DNA of 64,000 bases from the human T2T-CHM13v2.0 reference genome, Homo sapiens: NCBI RefSeq assembly GCF_009914755.1, contig NC_060944.1. The stretch is one strand, 5' to 3'. A program made the position numbers and the translations under genes. The notes under the pieces were generated by a model. The model ran no database searches. It saw nothing but the letters and a program-made list of their open reading frames with translations, and was not told the DNA's origin. Every line of letters begins with the position of its first letter. Within the stretch, counting starts at the first letter, position 1. Of this stretch, positions 42,680 through 55,800 are shown piece by piece.

Positions 42680-43215
42680 CCCTGGACTCTGATGTCAGTC
42701 ATGACATCATGAATTCCTGTTCTACACTGTGACCCCAGTCAAATTACTTTCCCACTCAGAGCTTCAGTTTTTTCATCTTCATGGGAGAAATAAGAATATC
42801 TACCTTGGCTGGGCACAGTGGCTCACGCCTGTAATCCCAACACTCTAGGAGGCTGAGGTGGGAGGATTGCTTGAGCCCAGGAGTTCAAGACCAGCTTGGG
42901 GAAAATGGTGAAACCTCATTTCTACAAAAAATACAAAAATTATCCTGGCATAGTGGCACATACCTGTAGTCCCAGCTACTCAGGAGGCTAAGGTGGGAAG
43001 ATCACTTGAGTCCAGGAAGTTGAGGCTGCAGTGAGCTTTGATGATGCTATTGAACTCCAGCTTGGGAGACAGAGCAAGACCCTGTCTCGAAACAAACAAC
43101 AACAACAACAAAAAAAGAATATCTACCTTGCAGGTCATTCAAGAACGAAATTGGGCAATGTAGGAAGACACCAGTGCCTGGCATTTAGTAAGCACTCAAG
43201 AAATCATACTTATTA
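42680..43215 (+). mobile_element. MIR split by AluJ
   Basis: CTGTGACCCCAGTCAAATTACTT...CTTCAGTTTTTTCATCT; resumes with CAGTGCCTGGCATTTAGTAAGCACTCAAGAAAT. Confidence 0.75.
42807..43114 (+). mobile_element. AluJ with TSD
   Basis: Full dimer; TSD AAGAATATCTACCTT at 42792 and 43115. Confidence 0.95.
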
Positions 43216-43289
43216 TTCTTGCTGTTACTTTTCCTTGCTAAGACGTTCAATGTTGCCTTTTGTCATAAGCAGTACAATTCTTGCCTCAC

Positions 43290-43675
43290 ATTCATGAGGC
43301 AGATGCTAAGCTCACTATGCCAGTTTTCTCTTCTACCTGGGTGAAGCTATCCTGCATCTCCCAGCATCCCCTGTGGTTCTGTGTGCACATGTGACTGCAT
43401 TCCACCAATGGGCTGTGGATAGAAAACCTCCTACTTGTAACACTCTTTCCTTCTTTTCTAACTTAATCAGACAATGTTGGAAGCCACATGTAGCAGATAG
43501 CAGAGCCAAAAGCTAGAAGGATCTTGGGCCCTAGAATTACTGCTTGACAGAGATACCCAATGGTCAGAACACTCTTTTTAGACTTTGTGCACGAGAGGGA
43601 AAAGACTGCTACGGTCTTTGAGTCATTTTTACACTTCTTAATTTATTTATTTCAGCAGCATTTCAGCAGCTAGCT
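43290..43675 (+). mobile_element. MLT1J-like MaLR LTR
   Basis: CATCTCCCAGCATCCCCTGTGGTT...CATGTGACTG...CCAATGG...AGCAGATAGCAGAGCCAAAAG. Confidence 0.6.
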
Positions 43676-43680
43676 TTGTC

Positions 43681-43901
43681 TTTTTTTTTTCTTGTTCTTT
43701 TGAGATAGGGTCTCACTCTCACCCAGGCTGGAGTGCAGTGGCGCAATCTCAGCTCACTACAGGCATGCACCACCACACCCAGCTAAGTTTTGTATTTTTT
43801 GTAGACATAGGGATTCCCTATGTTGCCCAGGCTGGTCTCTAACTCCTGGCCTCAAGTGATCCACCCACCTCCAGACTATAGGTGTGAGCCACCGCACCTG
43901 A
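43681..43901 (-). mobile_element. AluJ with internal deletions
   Basis: Reverse Alu missing segments of both arms. Confidence 0.88.
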
Positions 43902-43969
43902 ACTGTCTAACTAATTTGTCTACAGAGACTAGCCATGATTTAAAGATATAATATTAAAAAATAAATATG

Positions 43970-44280
43970 AGCTGGGTGTGGTGGCTCATGCCTGTAATCA
44001 CAGCACTTTGGGAGGCCAGAGCAGGAGGATCACTTGAGGTCAGGAGTTTAAAAACAGCCTGGGCAACATAGCAAAACCTCATCTCTAAAAAAAATAAATA
44101 AATAAAAATATTAAGCAGGCATGGTGGCACACACTTGTAGTCCTGGCTACTTGGGAGGCTGAGGTGGGAAGATTACTAAGCCCAAAAGTTAGAGGTTACA
44201 ATAAGCTGTGATTATGCCACTGCACTCAAGTCTGGGCAACAGAGCAACCCCTGTCTCTAATTGATTAATTAATTAAAAGT
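43970..44280 (+). mobile_element. AluJ with TSD
   Basis: Diverged dimer; TSD AAATAAATATGA. Confidence 0.92.
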
Positions 44281-44579
44281 AAATAAATATGAAAGGAACT
44301 GGTCTTCCTTTTTATTTACCTAGAATTGAAGGGGCCGTTGCTCTTCCAGTTCAATGTGACTAACATTTATTGATTGCTTTTCTGATATGCCAGACCAGAG
44401 AGAGAACCTCCATGCAGAATAAAGACTAGGGCCTGTCACATATGGGAGGTCAGGATAGACAGCAGGAGAGCCAGTTGGCCCAAACCCCCATTTGACAAGG
44501 CTTTGGAGTTAACTTCTTGATGTCACCTTCAAATGAGGCTATACCCAGAACCACAGAATGACCCAACAAGATTAAACAT

Positions 44580-44770
44580 ATTCTCCATATAATATCTAAA
44601 AATTTTCGAAACTTTATATTGGCACCTTATATAATGTATGTTATATAATATAAAACCTTATGTTATTTAAGGTTTTAAATTATTAAATTATTTAAATTAT
44701 TATATATTCTTTAAATATACGTAAACCTAATTTTTAAATATATAACCTTATGTAATATACCTTATATTTC
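44580..44770. repeat. AT-rich low-complexity tract
   Basis: Near-pure A/T with recurring ACCTTAT(A/G)T units. Confidence 0.75.
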
Positions 44771-44849
44771 TTTTTTTTTCATTTTTCAGCATACCAGAAA
44801 TACCCTGAAATGAAACAGTTTGATTCTCTCATAGTCCCTGTTCCCAAGT

Positions 44850-45420
44850 ATCCAGTCATGATCACACATAATTACGTTAAGTGCCACAATGAACAGATAG
44901 AGTGGCTAAAGGAGGGGCACAGATTGATGAAGAGAGTGGTTTATTCCTTTGGGAGGTGAGTGGAGCAGGCTTCCCAGAAGAGGTGGGTCAGAAGCAGCTG
45001 ATAAAGATGACCAGGAATGTCCAAGTGGAAAAGTTGAGATGGAAGGTGAGCTGGGGAGTGACATTCCTGACAAAGAATGACAGTCTGCCATGGAACAACG
45101 TCTGGGAGCCTCTGAAGGGTTTTGAGTAGGAGAATAACCCAACTACATCTGCAGTCGACAGCCATCCTTTGCACAATAGTGTGAAGGATAAACTGGGAAG
45201 GGAAGTATCATTGGCACAGAGGACTTAAGGAGTGACTATACTAATCTAGAACAAAGCATGATGTGCTGATCTAAGAAAGCGGCTGTGGGGGAGTCCATGA
45301 TGGGGCAGGATCAAGATTTCCAGGAGGTTCGGGTCATGGTGCTCAATAGGTTCTGAGGTTGAGGAAGAAGACGTCTTGGATCACTCGGAGGTTTCAGCTT
45401 TAGTGACTGGCTGACAGGTA
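44850..45420 (-). mobile_element. L2 fragment
   Basis: GGCTTCCCAGAAGAGGTG...GGGAGCCTCTGAAGGGTTTTGAGTAGGAGAATAAC. Confidence 0.65.
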
Positions 45421-45662
45421 ACTTTCGTGATGTTTAGGTTAGTCCAACCTGCCCACATGCTGACCAATAAAGGTAAAACTCAGGACTTCTCAGGTCGTCT
45501 CCCACTTGCTGTCATTCTGCTACAGTGTTTACCCAAACCTAGACACTAGGTTTCTTGTTGAGATCTGTTTTGGCCCCATATTCTACTGGACTCACAGAAG
45601 CTCCTTGGTTCATAGAAAATGGCTACTTAGACTAAATCATGGACCAGTTGTACTGTATTTGG

Positions 45663-45665
<3 letters not shown>

Positions 45666-45713
<48 letters not shown>
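45666..45713. repeat. (TG)24 perfect microsatellite
   Basis: Direct reading. Confidence 0.97.
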
Positions 45714-45715
<2 letters not shown>

Positions 45716-46299
45716 CCTAGCAGGCTTAATTGCAATAACATTTATGTCACATAATATAGTGCACTGAGGTTGTAATTTTCCTATCATCTAAATTGCAGGC
45801 TGAGAACTGTGTTAAGGAAGGACCGTAGAGAATGAATTACTGCTTTCAAAATGACTACTTTTAACAGACAATGTGACCGGCAAATGAATGCTAGAGCCGG
45901 AAGGATATTTTGTATTTAATGTCAGCTGTACCCCAGGACTTTTTAAGTGTAGCTAACTCACACCATTTGCATGTTAAATTTATAACTAACACCTGGTCTA
46001 CCTAGAAAATCATTTTTTCTACTTAATGTTATATTACCTTTGGAAAGCACTTAGCAGCTATTTTTGAAAACATGGTGCTGACAGTTCAACCTGTCAATTT
46101 CTTTTAGACTCTCCTGACAGGTAGGCCTGGGTTTGGTTGCAATGACTCAGCGCTGGTGTGCAAATTGAAAGGGGCACCACTGGTTCCTTACAAGGAGCGC
46201 AATGAGCAAGTAAACATTCAGCATCATACACCCAGCAGATACTTATTGTTTACTAAACATGGTGACGATTAAAAACTCGTCTCACTGGGGAGCAAGCAT

Positions 46300-46530
46300 G
46301 ATCGTTGCAAAGGTAGGTACTGGGTTCAAATCCTGCTCCACCATCAACTCCAGCATCCACCACATGGCCTCAGCAAGTAACACAGCCTGTCTGAGCTTCA
46401 GGTCCCTCATCTGCAAAGTGGGTGTAAGAATAAAGCAAATCTCACGGGGATGTGGGACAGTAAAGGAGGCAGTGTCTAGGAAGTGTCTGGCCAGGGTGAG
46501 TCCTCAGGGAGGGACAGCCTGTCATTACTG
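46300..46530 (+). mobile_element. MIR
   Basis: TGGGTTCAAATCCTGCTCCACCA...CTGAGCTTCAGGTCCCTCATCTGCAAAGTGGG. Confidence 0.7.
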
Positions 46531-47234
46531 TGATTGTCCTGGGTGACAGTTAACCTGGAAGACACCACTGGATAGGATTCTGTCCTGTGGGAGAAATTCA
46601 GATAACAATTCAGGTGAATCCAAAGTCATAACATCTCAGGAAGCCTCCAATGTCAAAGCTTTCAGAGACTTCCATGCTGACGTGGATCAGAGCGATGAGG
46701 CGCCAAAAAGGCCAGGGAGACCTGGTGCTGCGGAGATGAAGGCCTCCTTCTGTGGCTCCCTCTGTGGGCCCTGGGTCATTGTCCACCGCCTTCGGATCTG
46801 CTTGCACATCCCTCCAGCCCAGAGCCTGTGGGCCCATGCTCCTTTCTCTGACTCCTGGTTGTATCGTTTGAACTGTTGATTTGCTGGGGCTCCAAAATTA
46901 GAAATGCTGGCTGTGACTGACCCAATGCAACACAGCCTTCAGGAGACTGTTACTCCAGAGCCACTGACCCCAGATATCCATCCCCAAGAACAATTGGTCA
47001 CATGAACTCAACTTTTAGCCAAAAGGTTCCAGCACAAGCTCAGGCCTGAGGGGGAAAGGCTGCTCTGTGGTGTAGGCAGAGCCCCTAAGAGTCAAGACAC
47101 CCTCATGGGCATGCTCGCTGCTGGGGTTTGTCTGGGAGGAGAGACAGGTAGACGAAGGATGGAAAGGTTTGACATCTGCCCCTTCCTACTTTCCTTCTCT
47201 TTACCCTTCCTTGCTCCCAAGAGCCCTTTTGAAA

Positions 47235-48830
47235 ATGGGGCTTTTAATCAATGGCACAGGAACAATGAAATAGTTTTGGAAAAAAATAAAATTAGAGCCA
47301 TACCTCACACCATACATAGAATAAATATAACCAAGATAATTAGAGGTCTGAATGTAAGAAAGGAAGCTGTACAAGCATTTGGAAAAGACACAGTGAACTC
47401 CTCTATAACCTGCTGTGGAGGAAGGGCACTGTTCTACAGTGGGCAGGTCTATGCAAATCTGCTCCAAAGTCCAAGGAAGCTGAAAGGCCCAAGAAAGAGG
47501 CTGGCAAATCCAGTTTCTTCGAAAGAAACACTTAATAAGGACCTGGGAACAGAAGTTGTGTCTATGTCTTGGGTGGCGATGACATAAGATGGTGGATCCC
47601 ATGCCATCACCCCCAGACCCAGGGCTTCTATGCCATAGAGAAGGGGTGGTTCAGAAGGGATGTGTAGGATAATCGAAGCACAGTAATACCAAGGTTGTTT
47701 GGGATTTACGGTAAGGACCTGCTCCTATACAAGGAGCAATAGATAAAAGGGAAATCTTAGAGGCTTCTCAGAACAGGGGTTAATGGAAGCCAACCTGGCA
47801 GATTAGCATCTAAGATGGAGTCGCTTTGGCTCCACACGTGCTCTAACTGTGGCTAACATCTCTGCTATGGAGAGACTTCTTAACAATTGAAGGAAAAAAG
47901 AGCAAACATCAAATAGAAAAACACACAAAAACACAAACAGACAATTTGCAACAAAAGGCTATAAAAATGGCCTTTAAACACATGAAAAGATGTTGAAATT
48001 TGTTCATATTAAGAGAATGGCAAATTAAAATTAGGCTGAGACACTATTTCTCATCTATCTGATTGGAAAATATTGAAAAGCTCCACAACACACTCTATTG
48101 ATAAGGCTGTTCGGGAAATAGGCACTCTCACTGCTACAACTCTTGAGCGGGAGCACTTGGAAACAGCTAACAAAACTACATATGCACTTGCCTTTGACCC
48201 AGATATACCGACTCTAGGAATTTACTCTAAAGACACACCTTTAATGATACAAAAATATATAAACACAAGGCAATTCATTGCAACCTGGTTTATAATTGCA
48301 AAATATTGATAACTACCTAGAGACCCAATCACGGAGAGTATTTGAATAAACTGTGGTATATCTACACAACGGAATATTGGGCAGCTGTGAGAAATATTGA
48401 GAAAGATTACTGTAAACTGCTATGAAGTGATTTCCAATGTTCAGTGAAGAAAGCAAAGTGCAAAAGAGTATCTAAAGGATGCTTCCTTTTGTGTAAGAAA
48501 GATTAAAAAATTATAAGCTTATTTGCTAATGTTTTGCATAAAGAAATACAGGGAGGATAAACCAGAAACTAACATGATTAGCTACCTCTAGGGAATGGGT
48601 TGGAACAGGATGGAAGAGATAGTGGGGTTTGAATGGGATGGAAAGGATTAGGCTGGAGAGGAAGAGACAGTGGGGCAGGAATGGAGTAGACTTAAAGAAC
48701 CATGTTAATTTTTACAAACTCAGAAAAAAATTAAATGAACAATGTAGAAAAAATATTAAAATAAAATGTAAACAGAAACAAATAAACTTAATTGTCTTTT
48801 AAAGAAATAACCATCATGAATGGGAGGGAA
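47235..48830 (+). mobile_element. Old L1M ORF2 3' region and 3'UTR, interrupted by an LTR
   Basis: CCATACCTCACACCATACA; AAACACATGAAAAGATGTT; TTTGACCCAGATATACCGACTCTAGGAATTTAC; GAATAAACTGTGGTATATC. Confidence 0.85.
47430..47836 (-). mobile_element. Solo LTR, LTR47-like
   Basis: Minus strand begins TGTGGAGCCAAAGCGACTCCATCTTAGATGCTAATCTGCC and ends TTTGCATAGACCTGCCCACTGTAGAACA (TG...CA). Confidence 0.75.
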
Positions 48831-49299
48831 TGGTTGGTCCAAACCTATTATGGCCTGGAGTGCTTTATTTCCCTACAAGCCTACTTTAGCATGGGAGATG
48901 GTACTTTTGTACAGAAAGAGCCCTGAAGGAGAGGAGAGAAAACTTAGTAGAATGCATTTTTGAAACGATCCATCAAAGCTCTTATAGCACATGTTTTCAT
49001 GGGTTCTTAGTGTAGGAGCAGTTTGAAGTGGATTTAGTTTTATGGATAATAAACATGAGGGTAAAGGTCACATCAGACATTTTGTTGCTAAAGGCAGGTG
49101 ATACTGAGATTATGTAGACACACAGGTATGCAATCTACATATTTTTAATGTGAAGAGTCCATGAGGGTGAGTCCAGCATGCTAATTGCTTGATGCCACCA
49201 AAAAGTATAATCTTGAAACAGAAGCAAGAAGTATCCAAACAGGCCCCAAATAAGAATTTTAAATGGCTTTTCCTCATCTTCCAAGTGGAGTTCTACCCA

Positions 49300-49700
49300 C
49301 ACAGATTTATTGAGTGCTTACTATATGCCAGGCACTTTTGTCCCAGGACAATAAGGGACAAGACCCTCATGGAGACAGACAAGGAAAAAGAAGACAATTA
49401 TCAAAGAAGACAAATTTGAGGAGTGAGCAATGACTTAAAGACAACAGAGTGGAGGTGGGGGCCACTTGTGCTGAGATAGTAAAAAAAAAAGTCCTCATCA
49501 ATGAAGAGACATTTGAGCTGAGATCTGAGTGGGAGAAAAGGCAGTGTGCAGAGATCCAGGGATGAGTGGACCAGGCAGAGGGCACAGCAGATGCAAAGGC
49601 CGTGGGGTAGAACCAGCGTGTTTAAGAAACAGAAAGAAAGCCAGCATGGCTACAGCAGAACAAACAGGAGCCTGGCATGAGATTAAGCAGGATCACATTA
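49300..49700 (-). mobile_element. L2 3' end
   Basis: ATTTATTGAGTGCTTACTATATGCCAGGCAC...GACATTTGAGCTGAGATCTGA...GCAAAGGCC. Confidence 0.85.
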
Positions 49701-51047
49701 TAAAATAATAAACCCACCCAGATAACGCTATATTCTTAAAAGACTGACCCAAATTATATTCTGGTTCCCTGAACCTGAAAATTGTGTTTCTACTTCATGA
49801 AAATTCCTATGCCAGAGATAAAACTTGAAAAGGATTTAATGAAAAACCTTTACTCTTTCCCTTATCTGTTCTGGTTTAGCTATTTCCTCAGAGGTTGTCA
49901 GGCAAGGAGAGGAAGCTAGCTTAATGTTTCAAAAATGCCATTACTCTATGAAGAGTGATGCTGCTTTTGCTAAGTCATGAGGGGAAAGGCTACTCTTGGT
50001 TGATGAAACTCTCGATATTTATTTATTAAATAATTGTTTAAGGCAAATGGGGATTTCTGCTGGAAGAAGCTTCCTATAACCCCACCTAGCAAAGTGGAGA
50101 GGCACAGGTGAAGAGAGCAATTTCATGGTTCATGCTGCTATTGATGCTTCGTCATGTCCTTTGAGAGCAAGACTCTTTTGTTCAAGTTTGGGGAAGGAAG
50201 TGTTTAAGTTTTAGGTACTGTCAAATTTGGCCATCCAAGTGGAAACCGGGGGGCTTTCTGGGAAGATAAGAGAACAGAACTGGGGGACTCTTCCTTGGTG
50301 ACCAGGGAGACAGCTCCATTAACCACCATCCAATGCTTAAGAGGGAAGGACCCAACTCTTTACCGCTCTCACAAAGTCTGGTCCAGAACAATCAGAACCC
50401 AAGGTCATTTGCTGCATGAGCTCACCTTCTTCTTATGGTTGGAGCTGTGTTGATAATGAGATGCTCAAAGGGACCATTAAATGAATGCTTCCTGTGCATG
50501 GCTGTATACTTACAGGAGAGCTGAGGAGCGCACAGGAGACCAAGCACTCCACCATTTCTGCTTCACTGAGCACGGAGCCATCTCTCCTTCGCAGAGCAGA
50601 AGACATTGCTCCAGCAGGTACGACTTTAGCTAGTCCTGGCCCCCAGCCCCTGGGGTGCCCTAAGTCATGCTGAGTCCTGCGCCTGGAGAGCAGGAGCCCT
50701 GGGAGGAGCACTCCAGACACCTCCTTCTGGAGCCAGGGATGCCAGCCATGCCAGCGCTGGGCTATCCATGGTATCCAGGAGACAGAGCCTTGTTGACACT
50801 GCCAGTGTTTGTAAATCCCAAATGCATCTGGCCTCAGGAAAGTTGTTAATTTTAGGTGGGTTTTGGAGACTTTTTCATTAGCAGTGCGCCTCAACATACC
50901 CAGCATGAGGAGAAAATGGAAAAAACTGAAATGATTTGCCGCCTATTTCCATGAGGGCCCTGCTGTTTTCTGGAAGAGGTTCAGAGTTTTGATCCTTGTA
51001 AATTAGTTTCCAGCTCTACTTCAGGTGAAGTTAACCATTAGGGATCA

Positions 51048-51560
<513 letters not shown>

Positions 51561-52448
51561 TCAAATTGGTAGAAAAAAAGAAAAGAAAGAAATAATTCAA
51601 ATAGAAGTCTGATTTTCCTTAAACATTTAAAATTAAGGGTGATTTCAATAACTTGCTATAAACAAAGCCTAATCCCAGGATCTTGTGGCTGGTCTGGGCT
51701 CAAGTACTATGTTTGCAGTGGGGTCATTTATGAGAAAATCTACCAGCTCCATCTCTATTTTTGTGTTCCTATATCTATGGACCATCCCCTTCCACCCTAA
51801 CCCCATCCTTTCTTCTCTCGATTATACAGTTTTCTTGGGTTATTACTGTTTAAGTTCAATGGGGTTTGAATGCAGCATTAAGCATCCTGATTGTTGATGG
51901 TAGTGGCAATTACAGTCTGGGAGACCTTATAATTTCTTTAGGAAATCCAAGTCCGAGAGGCATCATGAGCATATGTTCTACATTGCTGTGCCTTCAGTGG
52001 AAGTACTTCCTTATAAAGGAAAGAGGAAACCAAAGCGAACATACCAAAAAGATCCATTCCTTTAGATTAGAATAGAAACAGGCAGATGCCATAGAAGCCC
52101 GTGTTCAAAAAGAACAGAACGTAGAATTTTGATGTTCTTATCGTAGTTGGATTTTGGTATCTACCATGATAAATAAATTGTTATAAACATAATACAAATG
52201 GATAAATGTATTTCTTGCGTACGACTTCAAAGATTTCTTTGCTTTGGGATATTTTATTTTTTCTCTATTTCTTTTAAGAGGAAGGAGAGTGGGAAAATAT
52301 AACTAAAAAAAATAGTTGACCATTAGCTCTTTCCTTCTCTAAGAAGTCTTAATTCCCAACACATCACACTGGATTGTCAGCACCATCTGGGCAGACAGAA
52401 TTGTCCCATGTAAAGCCCACTATCATTGAATAGCAAATAACCCAGCTT

Positions 52449-52623
52449 TACATACATATATATACATACATGAACACATACACACATGAACACACACACG
52501 TGCACACATACATTCACACACATACACACATAATACATACAGTCACACATACACACATGTGCATACACATTCACATATTCAAACATGCTCCTCCATATAC
52601 ATGCTACACACTCACACACACAC
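52449..52623. repeat. Degenerate (CA)/(CATA) low-complexity tract
   Basis: Direct reading. Confidence 0.9.
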
Positions 52624-55519
52624 TTTACCTTTGCTTCTGAGGGGAGCCCTAGTGGCCTTCTTCACATGTCCAGCGAATAAAGAACTCTCACTCTCTGTTT
52701 AGGCACAATGAGATCTGAATAAAACATCAAATTGTGCCAACGAGACTCACGGTCACCTTCTTCAAGGTGTCAGTGGCATCTGAAACAGCAACAACAAAGT
52801 CCTCATCTTTGATGTTACAATCTGGGATGATGCTGGGCCCGGACTTGTGACCAAGGTTCATCCAGCTTGTCTCTGGGCCCCGTGGAGAGCTGTGGGAAGA
52901 CTTGACAGTGTCATCTTAAAAGCAGGCTCCTAGGTGGTCCTGGGAAGGAGATGCAGTGTGTCAAGTTAACTGAAGAGCTGGGCTCCAAGTCCTGACTGCT
53001 CTGGGCTGGACAGAGGGCAGGTGCCCACCAGGGATGTCACCGAGGGGCTCGAGGCTTGGGGACAGCGAGGCCAGACCAGGGCGTAGAGACCTTTTGATCC
53101 CGGGCTTAGCTTTCAGTGCTGGAAGGCAGTGCAGTGGGAGTTGGAGACGATACTGATGTCCCGCACCAGCCCACTCGATTCCCCAGAGGGTCACAAGGCC
53201 AGGCCTGTATTTAGTTAGTGGTAATGATCTCGTTAGGGGTGTGAATGGGCCACCACCCAAGACATTCAGTCCTGCCAGCAGGCCTCCCCCCGAGCCCTGC
53301 CTACCCTGTGTGGCCTTACACGGGACGTGAACTGTGATTAACAGACTTCCAGTGCTTAATAATTTGCAAAACAGCATTAAACAAGGGAAGTTGAGGACAA
53401 TTGGAATGGGACATTGGCCGGGCAGGAGGTGGTTGTCAACAGAGCTGAGACAATCCCGCGAGCAGGGCCTTCACAAAGCTGGCAGGGTACAATGTCACAG
53501 CTGGCTGCTGGCGGGGTGCCGGGCTGACAGCGCCTCCCCGTTCATCCAGGTGGTGAGGCTGAGCCAGCCTTTTAACTTTGTGAGTTTCTTTAAAAGGGAA
53601 GAGAGAGAGGAGTGGGGGAAAAGCCCTCCTGTTTCTTCAGTAGGAAAGAAAGTGAGAGGAGGCCCATTGAGCAAGAGAAAGAAAGAGATTAAGTAGCAAA
53701 GAAAGTGACAAGCTGATAATAGAGAACACTTTCAATGGTGGTAATCCTTGACATACAAGGACAAATATGAATACTTTTGTTCCTGAATTTAGATTAACTT
53801 TGTGTCAGGAGAGAAACCAGAATGCAAGTTGGTTTGCTTGTACCTCTCGTGAAGCTCCGCGAAGGCGAGTTGACAGCAGATTGAGAAGGCCCCCGGAAAG
53901 CGGCCGCGCAGGGGATATTGACGGGAACAACTGTAGCTGGGCAGTCTGTGTATTAAAAGACCACAGTGGTTGAAGGCAGAACAGGCGAATTATTAAAGAT
54001 GTGAGATGTGGCGGCGTTTGACCTGTCTTTCTTTGTCTCACTGTGTTACATACCGTGAGGTCACCTCAGCCCTGTGGACGCTGTTTAACATTCAAAAATC
54101 ATAAAAGTTTCGTATTTTTAATATCCATCACATGCAGAAAATCTGATTTTTATCAGTGTGTATTCAAACTTCCATGTATTAGGGGCCACTATCCACGGTT
54201 CTCAGAGCAACAGGAAGTTGGTTTTATGGGAACGTCGTAACGAGGAGGTCGTAACGAGGAGGCTTGTTTGACTCCCAAGAAACATAATAACTTATTAAGA
54301 CCCAAGGAAAAGACGAGATAAACCAAGAATGGTCTGGGTGGGCTTTATTTGTAGCTTCTTGTGAGTTCCGTTTTTTGAGCCCACTACAAGAGTCTAGCCT
54401 TCTGCTTAGGGGACACTGATTTCTCTCCTGCTTACTAATGAGAGTAAGTGTCCTCCACACCTCTCCCAGCAGTTCCCGTTGTTAAACTTATTTCACGTTG
54501 AAATAGTCCATCGTGCTGCTTCCAACCCAAACAGCAGGCTGTGTTTCCTCTGGCAAATATCTTTCAAAACAGAGCTCCAGCTGCCACACTGGGTGTGCCC
54601 ATGGAATTTGTCGTGGTGGTTTCCAAAATGTGTCCTCGGTATCCTTGAGTGTGGCTGCAGTGACACTCAGGAGAGGAGGGACACACCACAGGGGGAAACA
54701 TCCAACACTTCGAGGTGTTTTGGGGAGGAGGTGTCTGCTGGAACGACCACTTGAAATTCCAAATTGCTGCTTATGATTAAAGTGATGAGTTAACGCTTCT
54801 TTAAAAGAATGGCGACAAGCAGCTGGGACTGAGACAATGAGGGTAGTGTGGGTGACGGAGGTGTCGAGAGAGGTGGTGGGGACTTTGCAGGGGAGCTCTG
54901 TGGATGTCATCAGGCAGTGACATTGTGACATTTTGTGTATGTTGTACTTTTGGGGCCACATTTCATCCAGTCAGGATGACTGACAGCCTTATTCTGTGAT
55001 TTACTTAGCAGCTGGGATTTGTCTTGACAACCATGCTTAACGTGTCCCTTTCCAGGATTGGCAGGCTCCGGAGCAAAGAACCCGGGGGTCCTCCCGACTC
55101 GACTCAGTGCTGGCTGGCAGCATGTCCCGGCCTCAGTGCCTCTGCTGTGAACTGGCACAGGCTGCCCCTGCCCTCTGCTGCTCCTCCACGGCCTGTATCA
55201 CCACCCAAAATGGGCCTTGCCTTGGGCCCCTTGGAATCTCCTGATTAAAACAGAAAAACAGAATGTGCCACCCACCAATTTTTTCTAGGAGTGTTTTCAC
55301 AAAGGGACTGTTTTTTTGCAAAGGCTTGAACCAGGCCCATTCTGGCAGTTCTGAAAAAGTTAAGGATAGTTTAATCTGCTTCCATCAAAATAACTGTCTT
55401 ATTGATTTCTTCCTGGACAAATCAGAACTGGATTTGCATAGGGCTTCCATATTTGCATGGGGTCTTTAAAGAACTGATGAAAATATCAGTTTTTTTTTAA
55501 AGCATTGGAAATTTTGTGT

Positions 55520-55800
55520 GAAACAGCAGTGATGGACACGTCATTGTACATTTGTCAAAACAAGTAGAATGTACAATATAGAGTGAACTCGAATGTAAAT
55601 GTGGTCTTTGTTTAATAATAATCTATCAATAGCAACAAATGTACCACACTGATAATAATAATCATCATCATAGGGGAAACTGTAGGAGGGAAGGGAACCT
55701 TCTGTACTTTCTGATCAATCTTTCTGTAAACCTGTTATGGTTCTGTTAGGATTCTGTAAACCTTTTCTGTAAAACTTGTTTTAAAAAATATTTTATTAAT
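55520..55800 (+). mobile_element. L1MC-type 3' end
   Basis: ATGGACACGTCATTGTACATTTGTCAAAAC...AACAAATGTACCACACT...CTGTACTTTCTG...TTTCTGTAAACCT. Confidence 0.8.

Noticed and set aside
47105-47602. 160-aa and 133-aa ORFs
   Set aside because: Chance frames across a degenerate L1 and LTR junction
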